Assembly: GCA_044892525.1 (NCBI GenBank)
Contig: CM097885.1
Span: forward strand, 101,804,001-101,868,000
From: Schmidtea polychroa
Lineage: Eukaryota
Direction: 5' to 3'
Length of the DNA stretch: 64,000 nucleotides
Each line of letters opens with the position of its first letter. The stretch's first letter is position 1. The notes below the pieces were generated by a model. It worked only from the letters and a program-made list of their open reading frames with translations. It ran no database searches and was not told the DNA's origin. The translations under genes and the position numbers were made by a program. Positions 9,451-24,147 of this stretch are shown here, piece by piece.

Positions 9451-10711
9451 TTGAAAAAAAATCAACTTAATGACCGATAGCACCTACTTGTATCTATTTG
9501 ATATAATGGATTTTTTGATGAATATCATTGTTTTGTGATCCTCGAGGTTAGGAGTGTTTACCAACTGTTCTAACAGGCGTTAACTAGATGTACCAGCGAT
9601 AAATTAATGGTTCAAAGTATTTTGACTTCACTAAGTAAATTGTATTAATATTAATGGATACATTTAATGGACACATTATATTTCATGCCTATTATACATG
9701 ATTCTCTATTTTAATTCTAATAACCAATTTTCACCTCAAATCCATTCATTTCAATTTCATTTCTCTTGAATAAATATGAGAGTATTAATTGTTTGTTTAT
9801 CTGGATTACTAATATTATGTCAATTGAATCGTTGAATCGAATGTTATTCCTAATATATATTCTTGATTATTTTTAATTGAATTTTTAAATTTCATTTTGT
9901 AAATATATTTTTTTTGTTATCGTATTTTGGAGATAATTTTCATTGTTAAATGTTATTAATTTACATAAAATAAATGGGAAAACAAACAGACAAATATAGT
10001 CCAATTAAAACTGAAAAAAGTTGTGAAAAAAATTGATATTAGAAGGAAAAAATTGATTATGCCCAATACTTCCCTAAATTTTAAATTATTTTGCAATGAC
10101 AAAATTAAAACATTTTTCACTTTTTAATGTGAATATTTTGATTTTTTTTCCAAATAAAACATGCGAAATCTTAGTCAAATTGATATGTAATGAAATATAT
10201 TCTTAATAAAACAAAACGGTTATGTAATTTATTGTAAAGTACTCACAATTTCTAGATGTTGTTAATTAAAAAAATTAAATGATATAAGTTAAAATTTTTT
10301 ATTCATTTTGTTTAATAGAGAAAATGGAAAATTATCCGAAGACCACAATATCCCATATAAACATTTGACATTTCACAGTAAAACCTTAATTATTTGAACT
10401 CTGAAGGAAGTTGAGCTGTTCAGGTGGTCAAATAATACGTCAGGTTGATATTTATCGAAGTAAAATAAAATGAAATAAACGCACAAGTCTCAAAATTGAG
10501 TTAATCTCAGTTCCACAAGGTTTTCTACTTTTTTTCGACACAGAAGTCAAAGACGAGGATAGGTCAAAGATGAATTACAACATAAAAAATATTCAATGAC
10601 TGTCAAATAAAACAATTAATAGATTTTCTTTTAAACATTCCAAATACTACATAAAAACATAAAATAAAGATTTTTTAATAAAATGTTACATGAAACAATC
10701 GCTATTATTAA

Positions 10712-10936
10712 CCCTCTTACCGCGTTTTTTTTTAATTTGATTAAAAAATTGTATTAATAAATAATGTTAGTACGTCGAAATCGGGATGCATAAAATTATC
10801 ACCACAGGAAGACAGCTTGAACGGAATAGCAACGTTAGAAAACATAAATAAATGCGAGCACGTCCAAATCACGAGATGCGTATAATTAAACCAGTAGATG
10901 CTGCACTCGTAAATCGCGGGATACTCGGTCAGAGGG
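10712..10936. mobile_element. piggyBac-like MITE (225 bp)
   Basis: TTAA flanks at 10708-10711 and 10937-10940; TIR CCCTCT(T/G)ACCG matches 10/11. Confidence 0.85.
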
Positions 10937-11210
10937 TTAAAATATCAATAAATGTTTTCATTATCAAAAAATGACCATAAAATTTTAAATATCCCAAATC
11001 ATATGAATCTGATAAATGCCACATAGATTATTTGTTTATTTTGTTTTTCATTCTCTACAAATGTTTACCTTTAAAATTTGCATGATTAACTTCAAATGAA
11101 ATAAATTACTAAATTTTTTACAAAATTATTTTTAACTAATGTTTAAGTAAAGACTTCTCTAGAAAATGATATTACAATTAAAACAAAATAGTAAAAAATG
11201 TGATTCTTAC

Positions 11211-11258
11211 CGAGAGTGAGGCTAGCAACTTGTAGTAAATGCTTTTCTGCGTAAAATT
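11211..11258 (-). CDS. Candidate 48-nt internal exon of an unidentified host gene
   Basis: Minus-strand acceptor TTTTTATTGCAG and donor GTAAG. Two frames are open (FYAEKHLLQVASLTL or NFTQKSIYYKLLASLS). No neighbouring exons could be linked. Confidence 0.35.
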
Positions 11259-11582
11259 CTGCAATAAAAAATTGAAATTTATTTGTTACCTATCCTAAAA
11301 TTTTGAAATTTCAATTTTGCTGACTTTCTAAATTTGACCAAAAACTTCAGCCTTAATATTTCAGTTTTGAAATTCTTGTCATATTTTATTTATCGCACAG
11401 ATTTAAACTAAACTTGTAGTAGGTGTACTTATACTTTCTTTAGTAGACAGAGTAGTGATAACGTTTTTAAAACATTTACTTTTGAAATTGGTTTAATATT
11501 TTCTACAAAGATTATGACTGTTACCTATAAAAAATTAAAGCAAATATTAAAAATGTATGACTATGTAATTATTTTATCTTAA

Positions 11583-11726
11583 CCGTTTGCGGACGTTCTA
11601 CAATGTATAATGGCCAGTTGTGCTGGCCAAACTTTAAAAATATCATACCACGATATCGGGTATCCGTATATTAAAAACTTATGCTAAAAAATACTACTTA
11701 TTAAAATTAATTCCGTCCGCAAACGG
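11583..11726. mobile_element. piggyBac-like MITE (144 bp)
   Basis: Perfect 13-bp TIR CCGTTTGCGGACG; TTAA at 11579-11582 and 11727-11730. Confidence 0.9.
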
Positions 11727-14478
11727 TTAATTTAAATTTAATGAAAACAAATCAAAAATTATCAAAAATTAAGATATTTTAAGTCAATTCAAAATATTAA
11801 AGATTTCATGCATCATTTGAAATAAAAAAAAATTTTCATGAAGTGAAAAAAAAGAAATTCAAACAGAATGTAATGTGAGAATTTTCGTGTGAATTTTTTA
11901 TGAGTTTTGTCTGTTTCGTCAATAATAATTGTTTTAACACATTCCTTTCGTAGAATTTATTTGTAAAATTATACAAAATGGAAATTGGTTTCTAATGGTT
12001 ACATGAAGATAATTGTTATGCATGATTGAACCAAAGCGGAACAAATCCAGAATTTATTCATTTTGAAAAAGTTTTACAGAAAATAAATTCAGTAAGCAAT
12101 TAATAGCATTAAAGAAAAGATTTTAACCGATGAAAGAATTAACTGACACGACAAATTCATTAGAATTGGTTTGCATCAATGAATAAATGGCATTTTTGTC
12201 TCATTTATAATTAAAATTACTATGAATAACTAAAACATAAGACTTTTAAATAAATGCGTTTATTTAATAACAAGAAAATAGAAAATAACTATTGTTTTAA
12301 ACAAAGTAATGTTTTTAAATTAATTTTTTGTTGTTTAAGTAGACTGATATTTTCAGCTTATTTTTAAATATAAAAAATGAAATATTAAATAAGACTAGTT
12401 GCAACCCGTTAAATATTCATGAAAATAAAACAAATTTCACAAATTTTTCAAAAATACAAGATTGAAAATGAAGTTCTAAACTCATTTTTTAAAATAAATA
12501 AAATGTAGAAACGCTGCTGCTTTTGATGATTTGTAGTGAAAATTTGTACGTTCAATATAAATTCTACTTACAGATTTTGTCATTTATTGTGGAGACTTAA
12601 AAATAAGCTAATTTTTTCATGTCTCTGTCACATTTTCAGTATGATGGTGATAATGTCCTGCTTTTCCTTGTTGAAGATTTTTGATAATTGGATGATGAAT
12701 TTAAAGAACTGAAAACGTTTAATACCTCTTCCCAACATCTACATTGATGAGTTATTTAATTCTCAAATATCTTTCTATACAAGATGTTTTGTCTACAAAC
12801 ATTATTATTGTTGAATTTCAATCGTTCTTAAAGTTTTCTTTGGAGACTTGTTTCGGAGATTTTTACTTTAATGTTTTCGCGCTTCCGACATCGTGAAAAA
12901 GATACATAATTGATCATGATTAATCACAACATTAAGCAAAATAGATCACAAATGTTCAAAACATTATTTTTGTGATTTATTTATTCGCACGTTGTCCTTC
13001 AATTTGGTTATTTCTCTCTATTTTTAATATAATATTTTTAATTTTAATTAATAAACTTCTTGCATTGAAAAACATGAACTCCATAATTGTTGAACTCTTG
13101 GTTTTCAAAACCGTATTTAATGATATTTTAATATTTTTAAATTGTTTAACTTGATTTTTCATTTTCAAAATTAATTTTATAAAATTTTATTCAAACATTT
13201 TTTATTAAATAATTTGATTTATTAAAAATCATTTCTTAATTAGTCATCAAGAAATCAGATTTTAATTATTATTTATCATTCAAAGAAAATTTATTTCTTT
13301 TGAAATTTAAATAAGTTTTATATAATAAAGGTTTTCTAATAAAATTTGTTTTCAGATTGCCGGCCCTAATGTTTTTGGTGCACTTATAAAGTTATTATCA
13401 TCGCACTTATTGAATTTATTGGCAATATATTTTCATTAAAAATTATTTTACAGGTAAACAGAAAATATATGAGTGGTTATAATTAATTGAAAAGGATTAT
13501 CTTATAGTCGAAAATTTTTTCATTTATATTAAACATATACGCAGCAAAAGGCTTAAATTATCATTTAATTGTTTTTAAGTTTGTAATTACAATAATTACG
13601 ATAAATTTTATTTTATTTTTAAGTATAAAGAAAGTATTTACTTAAAATAATAAACAGCTGTATTTATATATAAAAATCATAAAACAGAATAATGATGTAT
13701 CGAGTGAAGTTTATCAATTAAATACTTTAAAATATTAAGGAAATTATTTCAATTTTTACTGCAAAGATTAATATTCTACAAGGAATATAATTATTATTGA
13801 TTTTTTTAAAGACAAACATTCCAACAATCACCAAAAACAAAGGTTGGAACTTCTTCACTACATAATTTTTAAAATAAATTTTATATATTCGAGTTGCAAC
13901 AAGAATATATAAAATAATTAGTATCAATGAGTTGTGGCAAAAAAAAAGAAAAAAATAGATTTTATGGAAATGATTTCATAATAAAAGATTAACAAAGGAT
14001 CCAAATATATTTTGACTTTTATTGCTATTCTATCGTTATGCTCGTGCGACTCCAATCAATATAAAGTTTGTCCATGGTATGAAATCAATAATCACAGATG
14101 GTCATCCAAATAATCTTCAAAAAAAGTGTGGGTATATCTATATATGCTTGTATGGATTTTTTTTAATTTTTTTTAGTTTTCTGCACATAATCCCCTAAAG
14201 TTACAGCTCGATCCTGCATAAATTTTCAAGAATTCATGATTTTTCTTTTGTTAGATATAGTTTTTGCGTAAAATTAGTGATAAATACGAAAAGTTAAAAA
14301 AGTTGTAAGAAATGTTAATTTAAAACATTGTTTTAATAGAAATTTCTAAACAAATTAGAAATTAGAAATTAATTAGAAATTTAAATTTAAATATATATAT
14401 ATATATATATATTATGTAGGATGTATAGTGTTATATAGTGTTGTATGTAATATATTTGAATTGATGAGGGCGTGTGTC

Positions 14479-15060
14479 TGTTAGGAAATTTGATGAACCC
14501 AACAGAGTATCCGTTAAAAATTGTGGCGGGACAATAGGGGTGCGTGTGTATCTGCGTGTTTACCGAATACAAATAAAAATGTATAATAACCAAACAATAA
14601 CAAATTTTATTAATAAAATAAATAAAATAATACGCACTGATGTGGAGCTTAATACGAAGGGATTTTCGTAAATCGACGGAGGACTTTGATTAGGAATGTT
14701 ATTTATAATAGGTAAGCTTCTGATATTAGTAAGACAATCGCCAGGGAAAATTTGCTATAGGATTCTATAAAGGATCCAGAGATTAGAAAGTTCTACGACT
14801 AATCTTCTAAGAGAATTGATTTGGGCAATTGTATTTCTTTATGTTTCTTTTTCTATAGCTTATTTTTTGATTTGTATTCCTTTTTGATTGTTTTGAAATT
14901 GGAAGTTTTAATCTAATTGCTTCCTAGGATTGTATACCTTTTTATTCTTTTGAAATTATAAACTTTGATCTAATTGTCTTATCGGATTGTATTCCTTTTC
15001 TTTAGTTTGAAATTCTAACTTTGTATTCTTTTGTTATTGATTTTTTTTCAAATTGTCAAT
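14479..15060. repeat. LTR-like repeat starting TGTTAGGAA, with ~60-bp tandem units at ~14860-15030; first ~135 bp homologous to 27378-27510
   Basis: Visual alignment: tgttaggaaatttgatgaacccaacagagt...tggcgggacaataggggtg versus tgttaggaagatttgtagagcccgatagagt...tggcgggtcaatcggggtg. Confidence 0.5.
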
Positions 15061-15554
15061 TTTTGTATAGCGATAATTTACCATAGTAAATTATCGCTTT
15101 ATAGTATTTTTTATTCATTTCCCATTAAGGCCTGCCCTCAATAAAATAACAAGGTGTCGCGAAACCTTGTTTAAAAATAAATAGAATGTATGATTGTACA
15201 TTATATATATTAAAGCAAATATATATATTAAAGCAAATTTAATGAAAATAATTATGAAATACTTTTAATATTTTATTCATTAATAATCAAACTTAGAAAT
15301 TCGCAAAGTCTTAAAATTAAGGGCACTTTATGAAAGAATTTATAAATTGTTTTTTTTGTTCAAATTAATTTTTCTAAATTAATTAATTGTGAAATTTATC
15401 AATATTGATAACAACAAAAAAGGATTTTAATTTTGCCATTTTTCAAAGATAAATACAATCTAAACAGACAAGGTTAATAAAATTTGTTTGATTTAAATCA
15501 ATAAATATTTCAGGATTTATTTGAAGTTTATGCAAACTAAAATATTTTCATTAA

Positions 15555-15646
<92 letters not shown>
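15555..15646. repeat. (ATT)n microsatellite
   Basis: Direct inspection. Confidence 0.97.
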
Positions 15647-17731
15647 GTATACTTGACACAGTTTATATTGACATTCTGTATTGACATTTTATAATTATAT
15701 TGTAACAAATATTTTGAATAATTGGTGATAATGCCCTTAAAATCTTTTATTCATTAGTCAAATCGTATTAAATTTTGAATTTTAATAATGAAAAATAAGA
15801 TATAGCTAATAATCATGAATTTTTATGAGAAAAATTTGTTAGTTCACTTTAAATATTTTTTTATTTTAATGTTTAATTATATATTTATACATTTATATTT
15901 TATAGTTTTGATTTATTTATTTGTAAAGTAAAATAAAATTCTTTTATTTTAAATTTTTGCAGTTAATATCAAAAAATAATTTAAAAATTTAAGAACTAGA
16001 ATTTAATTACTTTATTTGAAATTATAAATGAAATATTTCTGAATTATTTAATCTCAATTTAGATCTGACCGATAAGTCCATTTAAAATACCATTAGTGGC
16101 TATTTTATTAAAGTATTATAACAGTTAAATATTTTGAATAAGCTTTTACAAAGTTATCTAAAATCTTATCTTTTACATATTTCATTGGAATAATTATTTT
16201 ATTTTTATTACATTATTATTATAAATTGATTTCTTTTATTGTCATCGCTGCATTTCAGATAAGTCTTTACCGAATTATATAAGTTTATTATTTATTTAAT
16301 ATTTATAATTACGTTGAAACTAAGTCATCAATGTTTACTCGTTTAATAATGTTTATTACGGATTATATAAAAATATATAATTTTTATGTGATATGACTGA
16401 GTTTAAGTATGATATTTATTGACAACTTTAATAATATTTGGTATTTTGTTAATTTTTTAATATTTATTTCTTATTTGGAATTTCGATGAATATTTTGTTT
16501 TGTATATGACATATATTTTTATTCAAAGCTTGGTTTTACCTACCGCTCCGTAAATAAAATAAATAACTATTCGAAAATTCTTGTTAGTTTAAAAAAGAAG
16601 TGATTTGGGGCCCACAAAATCAAAGACATTTCAATTTTGTACTTTATACAGAAAAACTATATATAACCAACACAAAAATGGAATTGAATATCGAAGCCGA
16701 AAACCTGGAAAACAATAATATAATTCAAAGTAATTTATGATTTAATTAATTAATAATCTTATTATTTTCAATAATATTAAATACATAACATTGAAATAAA
16801 TATCATTTCCAAATAAGCTAGAATTTTCTCTGTTTTCTAAAATCACAAGTCTGCTCTGTTAACCAAATCTAAAAAAATAAATCAAAAATGAAAACAGAAA
16901 ACCTTTAATATTACTTCAAAGGAGAAATTTAGTAAAATATATATATATATATATTGAATATAAAATATATTAGTGTCACACTTAGAAAATAAAATATTAA
17001 TAATTNNNNNNNNNNNNNNNNNNNNNNNNNNNNNNNNNNNNNNNNNNNNNNNNNNNNNNNNNNNNNNNNNNNNNNNNNNNNNNNNNNNNNNNNNNNNNNN
17101 NNNNNNNNNNNNNNNNNNNNNNNNNNNNNNNNNNNNNNNNNNNNNNNNNNNNNNNNNNTTAAAATAATAATATTGATAATAATAATGAAAATAATATTTA
17201 AAAAAATATTTAATATAAATTAATTATTTAGGTTATTAAATAAGTTATTTTCTTCTGTGTCATTTTTTGTTAGAAACAAAAATATAATATTTCTTTATAT
17301 AAATATTTAAAATATCTTATAATTCCGAATAAATTAGTAAATGAAATATTTTAATGATAAATTATCATTTTTCGCTCAAATTTGATAAATTTCTTCAAGT
17401 GTTCAAATGACTTGAGATTAATTGCGACATTTATTGTTAACAATTTGACATGAAAATGGTTGAAATTTATGTTTCTGGTATTGATATATTTAACTAAAAT
17501 TTTAATAAGTTGTGTAAAATATTTTTTGATTAAATAAAATTAGAACAATTTTCATTTAAGAAAATAAATGTTATTTGTTATAATAAATTTCAATTCAACT
17601 ATATTTGGTTATCTAAATAAAAGATATGTAAAAATGTAATAATGAGTTAGAAATATTTTTGTACAAATGTTTAAAGAATTTATAATGATTTTATTTGAAA
17701 ATTATGAAAACTGCTTCTTTGACGCCGAGAC

Positions 17732-18096
17732 CAGTGGCGTAGCGAGGGGGGCGAGGGGTGACAGTTGCCCCGGGCGCCACAATTTTTGGGGCGCCGGATT
17801 GAACGCAATATATATAAAATATATAAATATAGCCAAGCATTGAAAATTTTTTAAAATAAACGATGAAAAGGGGATTTTATTTTTCTGTTTTCCAGTTTTT
17901 TTCTAGTTTTGTTATATTTATATATTTTATATTTTATATTTTTTTTAAATATTGTTTTAGAATTTATTAATATGCATTTTATATTTGGCGTTTTTACATA
18001 TGTCTATTTTAATATCACAAAAAATTTTTTATAGTAAGCCAAGGGCGCCAAAAATATCACTGCCCCCGGGCGCCAAGTACTCTAGCTACGCCACTG
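17732..18096. mobile_element. hAT-family MITE (365 bp)
   Basis: Perfect 12-bp TIR CAGTGGCGTAGC; perfect 8-bp TSD GCCGAGAC (17724-17731 and 18097-18104); subterminal GGGCGCC motifs. Confidence 0.95.
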
Positions 18097-19288
18097 GCCG
18101 AGACCATCAGCCATGAATCATCCGCTGAATTGATGAAATGATTATATTATATTTATTATAAATATTTTTTATCAGTGAAAAAGTGTTTTGTTTTTAGAAA
18201 TGTTAAACTTTTATTGAAATTTCTTTAATTTTTGGGAATTTTCAATTTCCTGTATTTTTATTTCTTTATTTATAATATTAATCTATAAGTTGTATTAAAA
18301 ATGATTTTGATTGATGTTTTAAAAGAAAGAAAAATAAATAAATAATGAATAATCTTTTTATTTGCTGTTGGAAGGTACACTTTATTCTTTAAAATCCATT
18401 CTATAGTAAGGGGGTCTCTTTGGACCATTAGTACTTTTCGTACACAAAATCCCGGTCTTGGTAAAAAGTCACTGCTGCCGGGGGCTACTCGATATTTTTT
18501 CACAGCGTAGTCAGGGGTTATCTCTGGTCTCTGAAAATTTCTATACAAAAAGCCATTGCTGCAGAAGGCTACAGGGTATTGTATTCAAAATACTACTGTC
18601 AATAAAAAGCCAAAGTATTTAAAGATCCCAGGATTTTTTATACATAGAATTTATGGTCAGATATTTTGATGAATCGATGACCTCGGAAAATTTTGGTAAT
18701 TATTTTAAATTAAAGTAAATTAAGGTAATGTTTTAAAATAAGTTATAGATTTTAAATAGGTAAAGTAATATTTTTTAATTAAAATATATTATTCTAATAA
18801 TTTAAAATAAGTTTATTAAAGTAATAATTTAAAATTTATTGTCAGATATTTTGAAAAACTGATGGCCTCTAAGAAATTTTAAAAAAGTTTAGAAATAATT
18901 TTTTGTTTATATTAATAATATTAATAATAATTCAACTAAGTACTTACAACTAGTTACTAACAAACACATAAAAATAATAATAATTAAAGAAAAAAATAAT
19001 AAGTTTATTCTTCATCACAAAATTGTTTATAATAAACTCTTTTTAATTCGGCAAGTAAAATGTGCACTATTTCTTTCTTCTTATATTTTTGACAGTATCT
19101 AAAAGAACAAGTTAACTTTGGAGGATCTGTACAAACCACACAATCCTCTATACATTATATCATGTATGCGTAACCAATTAACCAACTAAAAATCTAATTT
19201 CTTCAGTGTATTTTATCAAATGTTTTTTAAATAAATAAAATTTTTTTATTTGTTTTAGAATTCAAAAATATTTTTAACTAAATTGCAA

Positions 19289-20178
19289 TCAGTAGTTAGA
19301 AAACTTTATCTGAAAAAATTCTATTGGGAGTGAAACATTGTCTTTAATTTGATGAAGGACTGCGCCGGCGGTGAAATTTGATGCATCTGTTGTGAGGATG
19401 AATGGGAGGTCATGACTCGGGTAGTGAAGTGTTGTAATCTTGGCTAGAGCGTCTTTGACTGTGTTGAATGCGTCACATGTTGTGTCGGACCAGTTAATGG
19501 TGGAGTTTTTCTTTCCTTTGTTAAGTGCTGAAAGAGATGCCGTTATGTGTGATGCGTTTTTATGAATCTGTGAGAAAATTGACAATGCCAAAAAAGCTAC
19601 ATTGTTGTGTTACGGTGGCGGGTAATGGAAAAGCTGCGGATTATGTCAAGTCATTTAGGAAAAAGTTCGCAACCCGTAGATGAAATTATGTGACCAAGGA
19701 ATCTGACGCGTTTTTGAAAGAAATTGCATTTATTTACATTGAACTGTAAGTTATAACGATTCAAAATGTCAAAAACAGTGTGTAGGTCTTCGTTATGTGT
19801 CTTGCGGTCGGGTGATGCTTCGATTATATCATCGAAGTATGCAAAAGCGTGGGGGACGTCCCGGAAAATTGTGTCCATGAAACGTTGTAAGGATTGACAG
19901 GCATTCCTTAGGTCGAAAGGCATGAACATGTATTCGAAATTTCCAAATGGTGTGGGTACAGCGGTTTTGGGAACATCATCGATGTGGACAGGAAACTGAT
20001 GGTAAGCTTTCGAGAGGTCAATAGTGGAAAATATGGTGGATTGTGAAAAGCGGGTTATAAAATCTTTGATAAGTGGCATTGGGTATGCGTCGTGAACAGT
20101 GACTTGATTGAGTTGACTGTATTCGTCGCACGGCCTGAGTGAACCGTCTTTCTTGGTGACTACGTGTATTGGTGACAC
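19289..20178 (-). pseudogene. pol: Gypsy/Ty3 pol fragment (RT and partial RNase H)
   Basis: SPIHVVTKKDGSLRPC, FSTIDLSKAYHQ, KTAVPTPFG..EYMFMPFDL, YFDDII, FLGHII and ILTTDASNF, with stops and frameshifts. Confidence 0.93.
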
Positions 20179-23100
20179 TCATAGTGATGAATAATGGCGT
20201 ATAATACCGGTATTCTCTAGACTTGTGAATTCGGCTTTAACTGCGTCGAGTTTGATGGGTCTAAGAGGCCTAGCATGATTGTGTTGTGATATGCACGTAA
20301 TGTCGGAATATAATGAGTCGATAGAGTTGTAAGTGGTATGATAGGGGATTTTATGATGATGTTTAGGTATGTGATTGAGATTGTCTCGATTACGTCGTGC
20401 ATTGGCTCTGAATAAGGTGAGTATTGGATTTCTGAGATGTGTTTATTGCGTTCCATCGTGTCAGTAGATTGGATAAATCTGAGTTGGGTCGTTGGAGATG
20501 CCAGCGTAAAGACTGATGTTCTGTTTGGTGATACATTTGTGGATATAGGATTGAGATTGGATATATTGATGAGATCGAAAAACTCGAAATTAGTCTACTA
20601 TTGGGATTTGCACTGGGTAACAGAAAGCTTATATATATATTTATTACATTTTAATTTTGATTTACTCAATACCGTGACGTTATTTTGAATTTAAAATAAT
20701 TTCAAAACTATACATGTCATTCAAATATCATTTTTCTTTAATTAATTTTTCTATGACAATAGTTATTTTGAATAATATTTAAATTTTTGTAAATAATTTT
20801 ATTCAAAATATTTATAATCCACAAAATAAAGGTTTCATTGAATTGAAATATAGCAAATTCATAAAATGGGAGCAATATGTTCTAATGGATTAGCATGAAG
20901 AATTTTATTTAAATTCGTGATTTCTCCGTATAAAACATGATTGTACCAAAATAAAATTTATTTAAAATATATGATTATTCAATTTAAATTATTAGTTAAT
21001 AATAATATTATTTTTAAAATTCTGTTAACAAAAATATTTAATTTTATAATAAAAAAGAATAACTATAAATCTTTTAAACAAATTTCTTTGATTTTCGGAA
21101 ACAATAATATATTTAGTTGTCAATACTTAAAAAAACAAATATTTTTTTCAATGCTGTGAAAACGATAATATATATGAAAGTTTGATATTTTTAATCAACC
21201 TTAACCCTTGAACATAAACTAGGGTATTTTTGCTTGTTATCAATATTTTGACATCTTCTACCAAGTCAAGATTTCACCAACTCTAGGATTAAAGTTATTG
21301 GAAAAAATCGATACCTCTCTAGTAATTTGAGTTGAAATTTTTCTTTAGGGTAGAAAGACCTATCGTCATTTTTTCCCCATTAAAACATGTGTCTTTNNNN
21401 NNNNNNNNNNNNNNNNNNNNNNNNNNNNNNNNNNNNNNNNNNNNNNNNNNNNNNNNNNNNNNNNNNNNNNNNNNNNNNNNNNNNNNNNNNNNNNNNNNNN
21501 NNNNNNNNNNNNNNNNNNNNNNNNNNNNNNNNNNNTTTTCTAGAATTGGGAAATTATATAAAAATTTAATAATATTGTATACATGTATTGTGAGAAGTTT
21601 GCACTCATTATTTTTTATATTTAAATATTTTAGTTTGATTTTGTCGGTCTCTTTTATCATTATTTCTTTGAAATTTTTATCTAGAATTTGCACTTATATG
21701 TTTTCATTTTGCATAAATTCGTGTTGTTTGAAATTATAAAGTTATTTACATCTGTTCTCTAAAACTCCATTGATTCTCAACAGCTTCAGCTGTTCATTTT
21801 TTATAATTTTATTCAAATAATTTAATTTTTACAATTTAATTTTTCAAACAATTTTACATAAAATGACACAAAATTCTCACAAAACTAGTGCCTCAACAAG
21901 TTATTTAAAGAGATCATTATGAATTTGTTGGGTTTTTGACAATTAAATATTTAAAATTCAATAAATAAAATAAAAATACTAAAACTATTTTTAAGTATAA
22001 AAAAATTATAATCGGTAATAAAAGTCACAGTAGCCTTTTGAAAGATTTTCTATTTCATTTCAAACAATAGATCAATATTTTTTTTACTTATTTAACAAAC
22101 AATTGAAAAAGCCTGGCCTTAAATTTGTATTAAATAAATTAAAAGTCTAAGAAGAAATAATAATGTTATTAAAATCCAATAATATTTTTGGATTAAAATT
22201 TTTTAATAGTTATATAAAAAGTTGTTTAAATTTTATAATTGCTACAAAAATAAATTCATATAAAATGAATTTATCACATTAAAGGAAGATTTGTCCTTCC
22301 ACTTCCTCTTATTGTCTCCCTGATTTTAATATTATTTAAAATTTAAAAATCGACTTTACGATATAATGAAATAAGTTTCGAATGACCGAACAATAAATAT
22401 ATTAAAATAAAATCATTTAAAATATATATTAATACATTAAAATTCCTTAAATCAAATTTCTTTTTTAAATATATATTTTCTCACGTAAACATTTTGTAAT
22501 GAAATCAATGAAATTAAAGTTAATTAAATTAATTAAAATAATATTTACATTTTATATTAAAATAGCGTAAAATTATTCCTTTTTTCATTTTTTGTGTATT
22601 TTCATGCGAGGTTTTCAATAAATTTTAAATAATCTTTTTGTTTGTATTTTCAAGCGGTAATGTTGTTAATTCTTTGTAGTTTGTAGACGAATATAATATA
22701 AATATGGTTTTATTTTTTTACTGATATGTTCAATGACATATCTATCGAGAGGACCCATTACTTGTTTTAACACATTTATAGTGTTGAAGACATCTCTTTA
22801 TTACTATTTCACTATGACTTTGATGACATTGCTTTGGATAGCTTTACTATTAAAACTAATAAAACTATCGTATTAACTATATTACTAAAACATTTCATAA
22901 AGATTATTCCGAAATCTCGCAGTAAGTATAAAGTAACCCTAAATGATTTTAAGGTTACTAAATAACCGTAACTTCGGAAACCGTTTTTTCACCGATTCTA
23001 AATTTTGAAAACTGGTTTTTCCTGGTTTTGAGTAAAATAACCTATAATTTAAAAAAGTTGCAAATAGGTAGCAAATAGGATCTATTTTATTTTCCGATTG

Positions 23101-23583
23101 AGAATCTGCTAGGTTTTATAAATTATTTTTAATTAATTTTCAGACTTTTAGGAATTTTATGAAATTTATTTTGTAATTATTTATAATTATTTCGACATAA
23201 TGTAAGTCACATCAATTTCAGTAAGTCAATCTCACTTGGCTATTCATTTTCAGCTCTTGTTAACTTTCAATACTTAAAACATTTCATTTAAACATAAAAA
23301 TGGTGACTACTTCATTAAAACGAAATATTATTATGTTGGGTTTAGTACAAAAACCAAAAAATATATATATAAAAGGATGGCATAACAAATATTGGTAAAA
23401 ATATTAAATAAAAGTGAAAAATTAATTAAAACTTACAAAAATCAAAAATCAATATTGAACGGGGTATCGGGTATGGTTGAACACCAAATTGATAGACAAG
23501 TTCAGAGATTATAATGAAAATCTAATAAGGTGTTCACATGGCAAGTTAATGTGGAAAAACAAATTAATTAAAATTAATTAATC

Positions 23584-24147
23584 TGTAATGAAAAGTCCGT
23601 GTCAATGGGTAGCCCCACCACTGAAGGAACCCCGATGCGCAGTGAGACCTGATTGATCAGATAAGAGAAGGAATATTTCGAGTGCTAATCTAGGATAAAC
23701 AAATTAAAATAATTTGGAAACCCTAAAATGTGTCCCTAGAACTCGCGGGTAATAATTACTTGCAATTATGTAGATAATTGGCATCTCAGAAACAGTATAA
23801 AAAGAGACCTCAGAAACAGACAAGCCGCCAGTTCGTCGAAGGAACAAAGTGGAACTCAGAGAATCAGGCGATCAGTTATCAGAAAAGGAAAAATATAGTA
23901 ATTCGAAAAAGAAGATAAATGAATAATAATTAATCCTTGTACCAGAAAAGGTGATTGCCCCTTGGGTTATCTACCTTATCGAGTGATAATTATATTGCGC
24001 AAAAGGTGCAAATATAGTGACAAATTGTAATTTGTTTGAAATTGAATAAAATTATTCCGTGTTGGGTTTCGATTTATTGGTTTGAATAAGAATACGAAGA
24101 GTCAGAGAGAAAACCGACTTTAAAAATAAAACCCAACAATTATTACA
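23584..24147. mobile_element. Probable solo LTR (564 bp)
   Basis: TGTAAT...ATTACA termini, internal TATAAAA (~23797) and AATAAA (~24045), GC-richer than the flanks. The flanks do not give a matching TSD. Confidence 0.6.

Noticed and set aside
13995-14115. Signal-peptide-like frame YILTFIAILSLCSCDSNQYKVCPWYEINNHRWSSK
   Set aside because: No in-frame ATG before the upstream stop; could be chance in AT-rich DNA.
18270-18548. ORF with LPRPGFCVRK, reminiscent of the PIH1-domain PxPGFCxK motif
   Set aside because: The match is only about 8 aa, the downstream PIH1 motif is absent, and the exon boundaries are not convincing.
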